Origin: Macrostomum lignano
Taxonomy: Eukaryota
Direction: 5' to 3'
Length of the DNA: 64,000 bases
Assembly (NCBI GenBank): GCA_002269645.1
Contig: NIVC01000654.1
Location: forward strand, 189,009-253,008
Position numbers and translations under genes: made by a program. Below are positions 11,852 through 23,615 of the stretch, one piece after another (the first letter of the stretch is position 1; the number at the start of each line of letters is the position of its first letter). Below the pieces are notes generated by a model. It was not told the DNA's origin and did not search any database. It saw nothing but the letters and a program-made list of their open reading frames with translations.

Positions 11852-14337
11852 ATGGTAAGTTGAGTATTGTAGTTTTTGGCTTTTCGATGGTGTATCTTAA
11901 ATCAACTACGTTTTCGACTTAGCAATTGCGCTTAGCAAATTGAGCCAAATATTCAAACAACAAGTTTGAAGCCAACAAGTCACAATTGTCACTTGTCCAT
12001 GTTTACGGTTTACACACTCCAGTATTATTAAAGTGAATGGGCTCGACTCTAAGGTGGATTTTTTAGTCGAGTCGAATCTGGACACTATTTTTCTAAAGTA
12101 ATGTGCGCTTTTGAATAATCACTGAATGCTCTGTGGCGTCCTGCTATTGTTAAGCTGACTCAACTAATTATAGTGATATAAACAAAACAAATCACAACAC
12201 TAACCAGGGACAAATTTTAAAACACTCTAGTCCAAACTGTATAAGAAAGAGAATTTTTGTTCGCAGCGGAAACAACAAATCAACTGCATATCTTTGCAGC
12301 TAAGTAGCTCGTACTTTAATTAATAAATAACTACTCTAATTTGGTTCTGGAAAAATTTACAAAAACAAATTTTATTTGCAAATACGTAGGAAATCTTCAA
12401 GAACTCAAGAAGATGCTCACGAAAAACACCTTTCAACCATCCATTGTCTCTTTCAAAATATAGACCTGAGCAAACTTTTAAAAGCTAATATTTTATTCAT
12501 CACTGAATGCATAAAAAGCAAAGTGCTATGGAAATCAAAATAATAGTTTTAAAATGCGAAAGAATACAATACTACTCTTCAATAAAAATTCTACAATCTT
12601 TATATAATTTGGCTTCCAATCAATGACGAATAAGATTTTTTCAACTTTGCTTTAAAACTTAAATCATTTTTTATACCTTTCCACAATTTTTCATTTCAGG
12701 GAAAGAAAGGCAAGAAGGGAAAGAAGTCCGGCAAAAAGGGCAAGAAGTCCGGAAAGTCCAAAACCCCGACAGTCATCGATGGCATCTCCACGGCGGAGAT
12801 GACCAAGGAGGATCTGGAGGAGCACGTCAACCGCATCCGCGATGAGCTGCAGCGCGAACGCGAAGAGCGAAACTACTTCCAGCTGGAGCGGGACAAGATC
12901 AACACGTTCTGGGAGATTACCAAGCGTCAGCTAGAGGAGAAGAAAGCGGAATTGAGAAACAAAGACCGAGAGATGGAAGACGCCGAAGAGAGGCACCAGC
13001 TGGAGATCAAAGTCTACAAGCAGAAGGTGAAGCATCTGCTCTACGAGCATCAGAATAACATTTCTGAGCTGAAGGCTGAGAACACTGTACAGCTCAAGCT
13101 AGCTCAGGATGAGCACCGTGACGAGGAGTCCGAACTGAAGAAGGACAAACGCCGCCTGAAGGTGGACCTGAAGGAGCACGAGCTGGCTAACCAACAGTCA
13201 GTGAAGGAGTTGAAGCGTCACTACGAGGCCCACCTGACTGAGGTGCGAAACGATTTTGAGCGCCAGGCGCAGGAGATCGAGCAGAAGTACGAGAAGAAAA
13301 TGCGCCAGCTGCGCGACGAGATGGACCTGCGACGCAAGACGGAAATCCACGAGGTCGAGGAGCGCAAGAACGATCAGATCAACACGCTGATGAAGAATCA
13401 CGAGAAAGCGTTCAGCGATATTAAGAACTACTATAACGACATCACGCTAAACAACTTGGCTTTGATCAACACTTTGAAGGAGAAAATCGACGAGATGAAG
13501 GCCAAAGAAGATCGCTTGGAGAAGCAGATGGCCGAGGTGATGGCGGAGAATCGGAGGCTGAGCGAGCCGTTGCGCCAGGCGCAGGATGAGAACGCCGAGC
13601 TCAAGCGAACCCTGGCTAATTACGAGAAGGACAAGCAGAGCTTGAAGAATGCCAAAGCGCGAATCAAGATGATGGAAGCTGAAAGAAAGAAGCTAGAATG
13701 GGAACACGAAGTGCTGGATCAGAGGTTTGAAAAGGTAAGCGCTGTTATAAATGCTGCTTTTCTCTTTGTACAACGGCACTTTTTCTATGAGGTTAAAAAT
13801 TGTGACTTTTTCATTTTCAGCTGCAAGAAGAACGCGACGAACTTTATCGGAAGTTCGAGAAAGCCATTCACGAGGTGCAGCAGAAGAGCGGCTTGAAGAA
13901 TATTCTCCTGGAGCGGAAGCTGGGCACTCTGGCCGACACGTTAGAGAAGAAAGACGCCCAGCTCAATGAGGTGCTGTCAGCGTCGAATCTGGATCCAACT
14001 GCGCTCACTGTAGTCACGAGGAAATTGGAGGTGAGTGGACTAATGTTTTTACATTCGAATTGCAATAACGAGTTCATACGACTTTTTAAAGTATAAGCAA
14101 TATTTGGTGTCTCTTTTTCAGGATGTTTTGGACTCAAAGAACAGTGCGATCAAAGATCTGCAGTACGAATTAGCTCGAGTTTGCAAAGCGCACAACGATT
14201 TATTGAAGACCTACGAGGCGAAGCTGCGACAATACGGTATCCCAGTTGAGGAGCTCGGCTTCAAACCCTTGGAGTCGACAGTTGGCGGTCAGCAGCTGGG
14301 ACACGGGCCAGCCGGTTTAGTGTCTGCACCGCCCTAG
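11852..14337 (+). CDS. GAS8: Dynein regulatory complex subunit 4 / growth arrest-specific 8
   Basis: [60 protein letters not shown] is diagnostic. Exons: 11852-11854 (ATG only, followed by GTAAGT; inferred), 12700-13734, 13821-14030, 14122-14337; all phase 0. Confidence 0.95.
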
Positions 14338-14477
14338 CAACTGGCCTTCCTGCTTTCCCCCCGTTAGCCCCACTTTGAACACAAATTGACTGACAAAAAT
14401 TCCACTGTTAATTTTTCCGACCGTCGAAAATGCCTCATGTTTATTTATATCAATCAGTGCAGCCAAATTTGGGGCGC

Positions 14478-14545
14478 GTCGCTTAGCATAGAGGTTGACA
14501 AGTGCGGTCTGGTAGTCGGTCGGACTCAGGTTCGAATCCTGAATG
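14478..14545 (+). other. Possible degenerate tRNA-like/SINE head just downstream of the GAS8 stop codon
   Basis: A-box-like TAGCATAGAGG and B-box GGTTCGAATCC about 40 bp apart; no intact cloverleaf. Confidence 0.3.
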
Positions 14546-15059
14546 GATTGAAAATAAAAATTAATGAATAATAAATATGAATAAGTGATCACTCGCACGT
14601 GGACATTTTCCACTCGACAGCTACTACTGCCTACTGTTAGTAGCCAGTAACTAAGTTAGTACGAGTAGCAGTTCAGTATCCAATTGGAAAGGTGTTTTCG
14701 CTCTCTTTTATTGAATATTTTTCGTTTCAATGTGCTTAATATTAATTTTGCCTATTTGATGCTGATTTCAAATAGAAAACTACTATTTATAAACGTGTGA
14801 GTAACGATATATCAGTATGCTATTGACATGTTTAAACATGAGACCGTCTATAGCTTGTTGGAAATCAAATGGCGTTTACTAAAAAATGTCAAAATATTTT
14901 CGATTTTGCTATTACAAGGAGACGTTTTTATACGATTTTTCTCAAAATATATGGAACAAGAAAAGTTAACTTGCTGAGGTTTTCAAAGACTATATTTCTA
15001 TTTAACAATATTTTTACACCTTTACAGCATATGCTTTTTTAAGGATTTTGTACATGGCA

Positions 15060-16135
15060 TGAGGGATGCTGTAGTCTGTAGATGAGGGGATGCAGTAGAT
15101 GAGGGGATGCTGTAGATGAGGGGATGCAGTAGATGAGGGGATGCAGTAGATGAGGGGATGCTGTAGATGAGGGGATGCAGTAGATGAGGGGATGCTGTAG
15201 ATGAGGGGATGTTGTAGATGAGGGGATGCTGTAGATAAGGGGATGCAGTAGATGAGGGGATGCAGTAGAGGAGGGAATGCTGTAGATGAGAGGATGCTGT
15301 AGATGAGGGGATGTTGTAGATGAGGGGATGCAGTAGATGAGGGGATGCAGTAGATGAGGGGATGCTGTAGATGAGGCGAGGGATGCTTTAGATGAGGGGA
15401 TGTTGTAAATGAGGGGATGCTGTAGATGAGGGGATGCTGTAGATGAGGGGAGGGATGCAGTAGATGAGGGGATGCAGTAGATAAGGGGATGCTGTAGATG
15501 AGGGGATGCAGTAGATGAGGGGATGCAGTAGATGAGGGGATGCTGTAGATGAGGAGATGCTGTAGATGAGGGGATGGATGCTGTAGATGAGGGGATGTTG
15601 TAGATGAGGGGATGCTGTAGATAAGGGGATGCAGTAGATGAGGGGATGCAGTAGATGAGGGAATGCTGTAGATGAGAGGATGCTGTAGATGAGGGGATGC
15701 TGTAGATGAGGGGATGCTGTAGATGAGGGGATGCTGTAGATGAGGGGAGGGATGCTGTAGATGAGGGGATGCAATAGATGAGGGGATGCTGTAGATGAGG
15801 GGATGCAGTAGATGAGGGGATGTTGTAGATGAGGGGATGCTGTAGATGAGGGGATGCAGTAGATGAGGGGATGCTGTAGATGAGGGGAGGGATGCTGTAG
15901 ATGAGGGGATGCTGTAGATGAGGGGATGCAGTAGATGAGGGGATGCAGTAGATGAGGGGATGCAATAGATGAGGGGATGCAGTAGATGAGGGGATGCAGT
16001 AGATGAGGGGATGCAGTAGATGAGGGGATGCAATAGATGAGGGGATGCAGTAGATGAGGGGATGCAGTAGATGAGGGGATGCAGTAGATGAGGGGATGCA
16101 GTAGATGAGGGGATGCAATAGATGAGGGGATGTTT
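15060..16135. repeat. 17-bp minisatellite (GTAGATGAGGGGATGC[T/A]), intergenic
   Basis: Period 17; source of the spurious HPLIYCIPSSTASP ORFs. Confidence 0.97.
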
Positions 16136-16591
16136 TCGATGACTAATAATAATTGTAGACTGCTTGTCGCAACGCCTTCGGTGACATCATCGCAAACCCA
16201 GTCATGTACGAAGGCACGCACTCACACACGCCAATCACACGCCATGGCAGTTGTCCCCCATCTTGGGTGAGTGGAGTGCATTGGTAGATGACAGTGGATG
16301 CTGTAGATGAGGTGGATGCTACACTTCAGATAGCCCTAAGACATGGGTGTCTCAGAAATTTCTTTAGTCCTACAGAGATCATACATTAGCTAGGTGCTAA
16401 AATATTACCAGCCCGTGCACATAGCAAATGAGTGAGAGCCGCGTTCTAAGAATGTAAAACTTATCCAGATAAGCCAAAAAACGGGCATGTACAATGTGCA
16501 AAACTGCTTTAAGGGTACTCTCACCCAACAGATAAAGCTTTAAACTCAAACAGGCTGACAGCTGTGCTGCAGGTCTGTGACCGAAACTAAC

Positions 16592-18403
16592 ATGCTGCTG
16601 TTGTCGGCATTGACAGTCGCTTTGATGACTGCGACAGTGCAATGCTCCGTCATCACGTGCGCTCGCCAGCTGTCGTCCTGCTCTTGCGAAACAGCCGATG
16701 GCGGCGTTATCGACCTGTCGCCGTTGTCCTCGCCGTCTGGCTATCCGTTCAGCGCCAGCGCCAGCGGTGGCCAGGACACGTTCCGGTGGAGCCCGTGCGT
16801 TGGCCAGCTGTGCGGCAACCAGTTTGACACGGCCGTGTGCGAGTTCTACGGCTCGAGCGTGAGTTCGGCTGGGGGGGGGTACTCGGGCTGGGGCGTAGAC
16901 AAGGGAGGACAAGGAACCCCATTCGGTAGGCAATGGTATATGCTAACACCAATTGTGCTGGCGAACTGGTGCTGGCGCCCCTGGTGCTAAAGCCCCTGCT
17001 GCTAAAGCCCCTGGTGCTAAAGCCCCTGCTGCTAAAGCCCCTGGTGCTAAAGCCCCTGGTGCTAAAGCCTCTGGTGCTAAAGCCCCTGATGCTAAAGCCC
17101 CTGGTGCTAAAGCCCCTGCTGCTAAAGCCCCTGGTGCTAAAGCCCCTGGTGCTAAAGCCCCTGGTTCTACAGCTTTTCTACTGCCGTTTTTACTGTCTCT
17201 TAAATCATCAAAATCTACATGTAAATCTAGAAGCCTTTCTCATAAACACCCCACAGACCCTACCAGTCGGCACTGCCAGCAGCGCGAAGTTTGTCACCAA
17301 CCCGGCCCGCGGCCTGCAGCTGGTGTACACTGACAATCGGGCAGGCCTGCTGTACACCTCCTCCGTAATATTGGCGTGCGATCCAGACGCTGAGAGGTGA
17401 TACAATAAACCGAGTAGTGACTACTGTCAGTAACCTATATTTTAGGCAAAAATGATTACTAACTATTTAAGCAAAGCATTCACTTATAAATTTACAAAGC
17501 AATTATAATTACAACGAAAGGAATCCTCAACACCTGTTTACAAGGGGCTGTAGCCTAGTGGTTAGAGCCTCGGATTCACGACTTGAAGGTCGGGGGTTCG
17601 ATTCCCGATCCCACTGGAACAATTTGTGTCCTTGAGCAAGAGACTTAACTCTGCATTGCTTCAGTTCACCCAGCTGTAAACTGGGTGCCAGCATTAGCTG
17701 GGGTAATTGAGGGTGCTTGTGACGACCCCCCCCCAGTCCTTGGACTGAACAGCCGTACGCAGCCTTCAGATGCGCCGCACAATAGCTGCGGCTGAGCTGT
17801 CGGTTGTTGCACATCTGGCCATCAGGGGGGGGTGTAATAAATTATAATTTTTATTATAATTATTATTGTTACCACTGAGTAGAGTAATGTCAAACCTGTT
17901 TTTGAAGCGTCGTGTTGTCGATGTTGCAACACCAAGTAATTGATTTGTTGATTACTGGCTAAAATACGAGCGTGCATCAGTAAGCCGCCCCTCAGGACCA
18001 GCTCCCATGACAACTTTTGCAATTGTTTTTTCATTTCCCAAATTCATTCAGGGCGGAATTCTCAGCCGAAGGCGGAGTGTACGATATCTTCATGCACCTG
18101 AGAAGCAAGCACGCCTGCGTAGGCGGCGGCGGAGGTGGAGGCGGCGGTGACGGAGGAGAGGGCATCAGCACGGGAGACATTCTGTGCATCATATTCCTGT
18201 GCGGTTTAGTGCTGTACCTGAGCCTAGGCCTGATGGCCAACAAGTTCATATTGGGCAAGGAGGGCTCCGAGCTGATGCCGAACAAAAACTTCTGGATCGT
18301 ATTGCCCGGATATGTGAGAGATGGCTTCCTGTTTACCATTGGCAAACTTGGTTGCTATGGGGGTGGCATTGGTCGCTCTTCTGCTGGGTATGAAGCCGTG
18401 TAG
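16592..18403 (+). CDS. Cation-dependent mannose-6-phosphate receptor / ATG27-like type I membrane protein (~252 aa)
   Basis: Signal peptide, Cys-patterned MRH-like lumenal domain (CSCETADGGVIDLSPL..WSPC..LACDP..HAC), TM helix ILCIIFLCGLVLYLSLGL, and a cytosolic tail PNKNFWIVLPGYVRDGFLF ending YEAV. Exons 16592-16858, 17257-17396, 18052-18403 with matching phases. Confidence 0.8.
16966..17165 (+). repeat. 15-bp minisatellite (CCCCTGGTGCTAAAG), array 1, in intron 1 of the M6PR-like gene
   Basis: Same unit as the arrays at 20241 and 44760. Confidence 0.95.
17544..17870 (+). mobile_element. tRNA-derived SINE with CORE-like central domain (family A)
   Basis: A box TAGCCTAGTGG and B box GGTTCGATTCC, then GTGTCCTTGAGCAAGAGACTTAACTCTGCATTGCTTCAGTTCACCCAGCTGTAAACTGGG, which resembles the MIR/CORE consensus as recalled. 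Ends in a (TAA/TTA)-rich tail. The stems do not fold as a real tRNA. Confidence 0.8.
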
Positions 18404-18600
18404 AGAATTTATTCAGAAATTTTAATCATGATTTTATTGTTTGCCTTATTTTGCTCTATGTGTGTGACTTTGCTGTGATTGGATTGGCAAGGCTTAAACA
18501 GCCAAGATAGCAAAAGACGAATTGAAGAAGAATCTAATTTTTTTAATCCCTAAATAACCCGTTATCCAAACAAAAATCTCAAACAGCTAACAATCCACAC

Positions 18601-19744
18601 GGGAGTCACATCACAAACTTGAAAAGTCACATCGTCGAAAAGTATCCATCATCACAATCTCGAAAAGTCATAAGCTCGATAAGTCACATCGTCGAAAACG
18701 GACTTAGCAGCCGCCATCACAAGCTCGAAAAGGGTTAGGGTTAGAGCCCGTGCCTGAGCCTGAGCTTATGATGATGGATGCTTTTCGACGATGTGACTTT
18801 TCAAGCTTGTGATGGTGGTTGCTAAACTTTTCGACGATGTGACTTTTCAAGCTTGTGATGGTGGTTGCTAAACTTTTCGACGATGTGACTTTTCGAGCTT
18901 GTGATGGTGGTTGCTAAACTTTTCGACGATGTGACTTTTCAAGCTTGTGATGGTGGTTGCTAAACTTTTCGACGATGTGACTTTTCGAGCTTGTGATGGT
19001 GGTTGCTAAACTTTTCGACGATGTGACTTTTCAAGCTTGTGATGGTGGTTGCTAAACTTTTCGACGATGTGACTTTTCAAGCTTGTGATGGTGGTTGCTA
19101 AACTTTTCGACGATGTGACTTTTCGAGCTTGTGATGGTGGTTGCTAAACTTTTCGACGATGTGACTTTTCAAGCTTGTGATGGTGGATGCAAAACTTTTC
19201 GACGATGTGACTTTTCGAGCTTGTGATGGTGGTTGCTAAACTTTTCGACGATGTGACTTTTCAAGCTTGTGATGGTGGTTGCTAAACTTTTCGACGATGT
19301 GACTTTTCAAGCTTGTGATGGTGGTTGCTAAACTTTTCGACGATGTGACTTTTCAAGCTTGTGATGGTGGATGCAAAACTTTTCGACGATGTGACTTTTC
19401 GAGCTTGTGATGGTGGTTGCTAAACTTTTCGACGATGTGACTTTTCGAGCTTGTGATTGGTGGTTGCTAAACTTTTCGACGATGTGACTTTTCGAGCTTG
19501 TGATGGTGGTTGCTAAACTTTTCGACGATGTGACTTTTCGAGCTTGTGATGGTGGTTGCTAAACTTTTCGACGATGTGACTTTTCAAGCTTGTGATGGTG
19601 GTTGCTAAACTTTTCGACGATGTGACTTTTCGAGCTTGTGATGGTGGTTGCTAAACTTTTCGACGATGTGACTTTTCAAGCTTGTGATGGTGGTTGCTAA
19701 ACTTTTCGACGATGTGACTTTTCAAGCTTGTGATGGCGACCCCT
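18601..19744. mobile_element. Foldback-like element built from inverted 46-bp repeats
   Basis: About 2-3 reverse-oriented units at 18605-18727, central GGGTTAGGGTTAG, then about 21 forward units of CTTTTCGACGATGTGACTTTTC[A/G]AGCTTGTGATGGTGGTTGCTAAA. Termini GGGAGTCAC.. / ..GCGACCCTC are imperfectly complementary. Confidence 0.7.
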
Positions 19745-20240
19745 CTGAACGATCGCAAGCAGCAAACAACATTAAACAACAGAAATTATAATATGTATCT
19801 ATAACAGAAAGCAAAACTGCAACCAATTATACGTAGAATTTTCTATCATTAAATGATTTTTATTTAGTGAATAAAATATTTTTGTATATCAGATTGTGTG
19901 CATTAGTTTGCTAAAAATTATAAATATATATTCTATTTGCTTGCTTCTCACGCAACGTAACGTTTAACGATACTAGTTTCCGCGCATGCGTTTTTTAATT
20001 AACTTGAAACGTTTAAACAAATAAGAATTATGTTAAATTTGAACTTTCTATCCCTATACCCATATCACAAGAGTTTAGTGTTGTTAAAATAGTGGAAGAT
20101 ACACTTTGAGCACCGTTGCAACTCATGGTGATAGTTGAAGCGTGGCCAATAATGAGAACAGCAAGCAGTCATGTCCTATAGACTGTGCAGCCCCTGACTT
20201 TCTCATCTTTTAAGATAGTGTACACACTCTGGGAAACATC

Positions 20241-20985
20241 CTGGTGCTAAAGTCCCTGGTGCTAAAGCCCCTGGTGCTAAAGCCCCTGGTGCTAAAGCCC
20301 CTGGTGCTAAAGCCCCTGGTGCTAAAGCCCCTGGTGCTAAAGCCCCTGGTGCTAAAGCCCCTGGTGCTAAAGCCCCTGGTGCTAAAGCCCCTGGTGCTAA
20401 AGCCCCTGGTGCTAAAGCCCCTGGTGCTAAAGCCCCTGGTGCTAAAGCCCCTGGTGCTAAAGCCCCTGGTGCTAAAGCCCCTGGTGCTAAAGCCCCTGGT
20501 GCTAAAGCCCCTGGTGCTAAAGCCCCTGGTGCTAAAGCCCCTGGTGCTAAAGCCCCTGGTGCTAAAGCCCCTGGTGCTAAAGCCCCTGGTGCTAAAGCCC
20601 CTGCTGCTAAAGCCCCTGGTGCTAAAGCCCCTGGTGCTAAAGCCCCTGGTGCTAAAGCCCCTGGTGCTAAAGCCCCTGGTGCTAAAGCCCCTAGTGCTAA
20701 AGCCCCTGGTGCTAAAGCCCCTGGTGCTAAAGCCCCTGCTGCTAAAGCCCCTGGTGCTAAAGCCCCTGCTGCTAAAGCCCCTGGTGCTAAAGCCTCTGCT
20801 GCTAAAGCCCCTGGTGCTAAAGCCCCTGGTGCTAAAGCCCCTGCTGCTAAAGCCCCTGGTGCTAAAGCCCCTGCTGCTAAAGCCCCTGGTGCTAAAGCCC
20901 CTGGTGCTAAAGTCCCTGGTGCTGGCGCCCCTGATGCTAAAGCCCCTGCTGCTAAAGCCCCTGGTGCTAAAGCCCTTGGTGCCTG
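20241..20985 (+). repeat. 15-bp minisatellite, array 2 (~49 units)
   Basis: Period 15; source of the spurious LKPLV ORF. Confidence 0.97.
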
Positions 20986-21636
20986 AGTGAGAATGGATGA
21001 ATGAATAAGAGTACCGAATTCCCTGAACCGAACCCCAAGTTGTACTTTAGGATGATTCTAAAACCGGGATACCTAGAAAACTAAAATCAGACCGCATTAT
21101 TGCCTATGTAGGTTCTCTGTTTAGCTGTCAATCATGAAAGTTGCGAGTTCATTAACCTAAAATTATTTTGCTGGAGGCTAATTGACAACGTTTTTCTTGA
21201 TTTTATCATCCATAGATATGTATTGTGCAAGTGTTTGTAGCATTCTTACTCATTATTGGCAGTTTGCAAGGAAATTATGTTCACAATACTAAAACGCAAA
21301 TATTCTAGAAGCTGTCGTGTAAGATGAGTTTCCTGACTAAACAGAAGAGTAGAAATGTAGTAACTAGTCAGGTTCTGTAAGCTGATTGTTTGACAAAAAG
21401 CTTAAAGCATCGCTGGTGCGTTGCAGCAGCTCAAATAGTTGGAAAGCAAACACATTTAGGCGTAGATTTCCGCTTAGGCACGTTTTAGAGACAGCCACGG
21501 GCTAATGGAACTGCTATACTCTATATATGGGATGAGGTGGCACGAGTGGATGCATCAAACCATTAATTCGGGAGCTATACAAGGTGCTAAATTTCATCAT
21601 TTGAAAAATTATCCATCCGAATTAATGCTAAAAACA

Positions 21637-22787
21637 ATGAGGCTCACAATAATTATATTCATACTGGTCGGCATATTCAGCTTGCCCGCTTTTAGCACTG
21701 GCTTGCATGAGGTGCACAGCAGCAGCTGGTCGGGAGGTCGAGTCCGCCACTTCTTCGTCTCCTCCATCAACCAAGCCAGCGATGTGCTGCAGTGCGCTGC
21801 ACAGGCTGCCAAGCACCTGCTCGCTCACCAGCTGCTGGTCTTCATCCCTCGAGACGGTGCTCAGCAGCCCCAGTGCATCGTGGGTGAGTGAGTCCTGGCT
21901 GCATGCTCGATGCCTTAAACCTGATGAAGCTGCTCACCCAGCTGAGCTCATTCGCATTCCAGCAAACCGAAGTGGCGCTGTGTGTCGCAGACTGACGCCT
22001 CACACTCACCAGTCTCCGTGCTGCATCAGGGTGAGTAGCAAGCGTGCACTGACTCACCTGACAGCCAGGTAACTGACAGCACTTGTCTGACCGCAGCTCT
22101 CAATGCCTCACTGCAGGTGTTTGTGACGTCACTCAGCGACTGCTGGATCAGCATCCAGCGTCGGGTGGACAACTCGACAGACTTCTATCGCAACTGGACC
22201 GAGTACGCAGCCGGCTTCGGAGAGGGAGCCCACACGAACCACTGGCTCGGTGAGTGCAGTGCAGTGCGGTCATGACGGTATTGATGCACTTTTTGATAGC
22301 GCTGGCCTCCTGTGGCTGTGAGCTGCTCAGCATTGAGCTGTGCTTGACAACTGCAGGTCTGCGAGCTGTGCACTCTCTGACCTGGCCGTCTGGTCGAGCA
22401 CTTCGCATGCGAATGAGGCTGTGGAATGGCACGGAGTTCTGGGCCGACTACTCCAGGTTCTCCGTGGCCAGCGAGGCCGACAAGTTCCGTTTGAATGTCT
22501 CCGGTTTCCATGGCAACCACCCGAGTCTGAGAGACTGCATGGCTACATGCAACGGGATGAAGTTCAGCACGTACGATTCAGACAACGATTTTAGTTCTAA
22601 TAGCTGCAGTCAGGTGTACAAAGGTTCGTGGTGGTACAGCAGCTGTCACCATACCAATCCCAATGGACTCTATCTGCCGTGGCCAGAAGCGCTGAAGACA
22701 TCAGAGTATGCTGTCGGAATCGTCTGGCATTATCCGTTCGGCTACCATTATTCAATGAAAGAAATGGAAATGCTTATCAGTTCGTAG
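21637..22787 (+). CDS. Secreted fibrinogen-related protein (FReP, ficolin/angiopoietin-type FBG domain, ~292 aa)
   Basis: Signal peptide MRLTIIIFILVGIFSLPAFS. FBG motifs WISIQRRVD, DFYRNWTEYAAGFG, HWLG, MKFSTYDSDND and GSWWYSSCHHTNPNGLY. Exons 21637-21883, 21963-22030, 22117-22249, 22357-22787 with consistent phases. Confidence 0.9.
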
Positions 22788-22988
22788 TTTTACTGCACTT
22801 TTGGTCTTTTGCTGTATCCGTTTGGTTTGCAAAGTACTTTTATGCAAAAACATAAAATCAGACCTGTTAGGGATCACTGACTAGCCCGAGCTTCTCCCCT
22901 ATTACTTTTTATTGATTCTCTTTGTTATATGCGCACTTATAAGCCATCATTTCACTGCCATTAATCAATTATTACAGGGACTTCTGCG

Positions 22989-23228
22989 CATGGATGGAGG
23001 AATAGAAAGGATCGCTCATCTGAAAGCGAGTCTATGGCCAAGACTTCCTAAAGATTGGGATATTCCTCCATGAATTTCATTGGCTGCTGGAATTTAAACT
23101 AGTCCCCTTTAAGTTCTTAATGGCTGAAGCTTGTACGCGAAGGGAATTCACAATAAACGCGCATGCTAGGCTGTCTTGGCCATAGACTCGCTTTCAGATG
23201 AGCGATCCTTTCTATTCCTCCATCCATG
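22989..23228. mobile_element. MITE with 56-bp perfect TIRs and 8-bp TSD (P- or hAT-type)
   Basis: TIR CATGGATGGAGGAATAGAAAGGATCGCTCATCTGAAAGCGAGTCTATGGCCAAGAC; TSD CTTCTGCG at 22981-22988 and 23229-23236. Confidence 0.92.
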
Positions 23229-23382
23229 CTTCTGCGATACAAATTTACCATAGGGTCTGTGACCCCTTCTTTGGCGCAGCCTTTCAGCGCTGCCAATTCT
23301 ATGGTAAATTTATATCGCAGAAGTCCCTGCTTATTATCAAATAAAAAGCCCTCTAGGAGTGCGACATCAGCAACAGATTTAA

Positions 23383-23525
23383 CCATAGACACGAAATTCG
23401 TGCGTCAATGCGCAACGGACCATAAAATGAATTGGTATGACCATCAAGATTCAGTGTTGTCGGGTTCAGCGCGCAGGAATGTCGTTCCCGCACTCGTTCG
23501 CGTGCCGGAATGCAACTGTCTATGG
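23383..23525. mobile_element. Tiny element CCATAGACA...TGTCTATGG flanked by TAA (possible PIF/Harbinger-type MITE)
   Basis: 9-bp inverted termini with TAA on both sides; short, so a chance match cannot be excluded. Confidence 0.4.
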
Positions 23526-23615
23526 TAAAAACGCCATTGAAATCAAACAAAAAATCAGTGCAGGAATGATGTGCGATTCTTGCACTATAAAGGAAACGGA
23601 ACATTAATTATAGTA

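Noticed and set aside
17544-17615. Functional tRNA gene (also 39960-40028 and 14478-14545)
   Set aside because: Acceptor, anticodon and T stems are mismatched and the sequence continues into SINE bodies.
18780-19740. CRISPR array (also considered for the 22-35 bp arrays)
   Set aside because: Units are directly adjacent with no unique spacers, there are no cas genes, and the context is a spliced eukaryotic genome.
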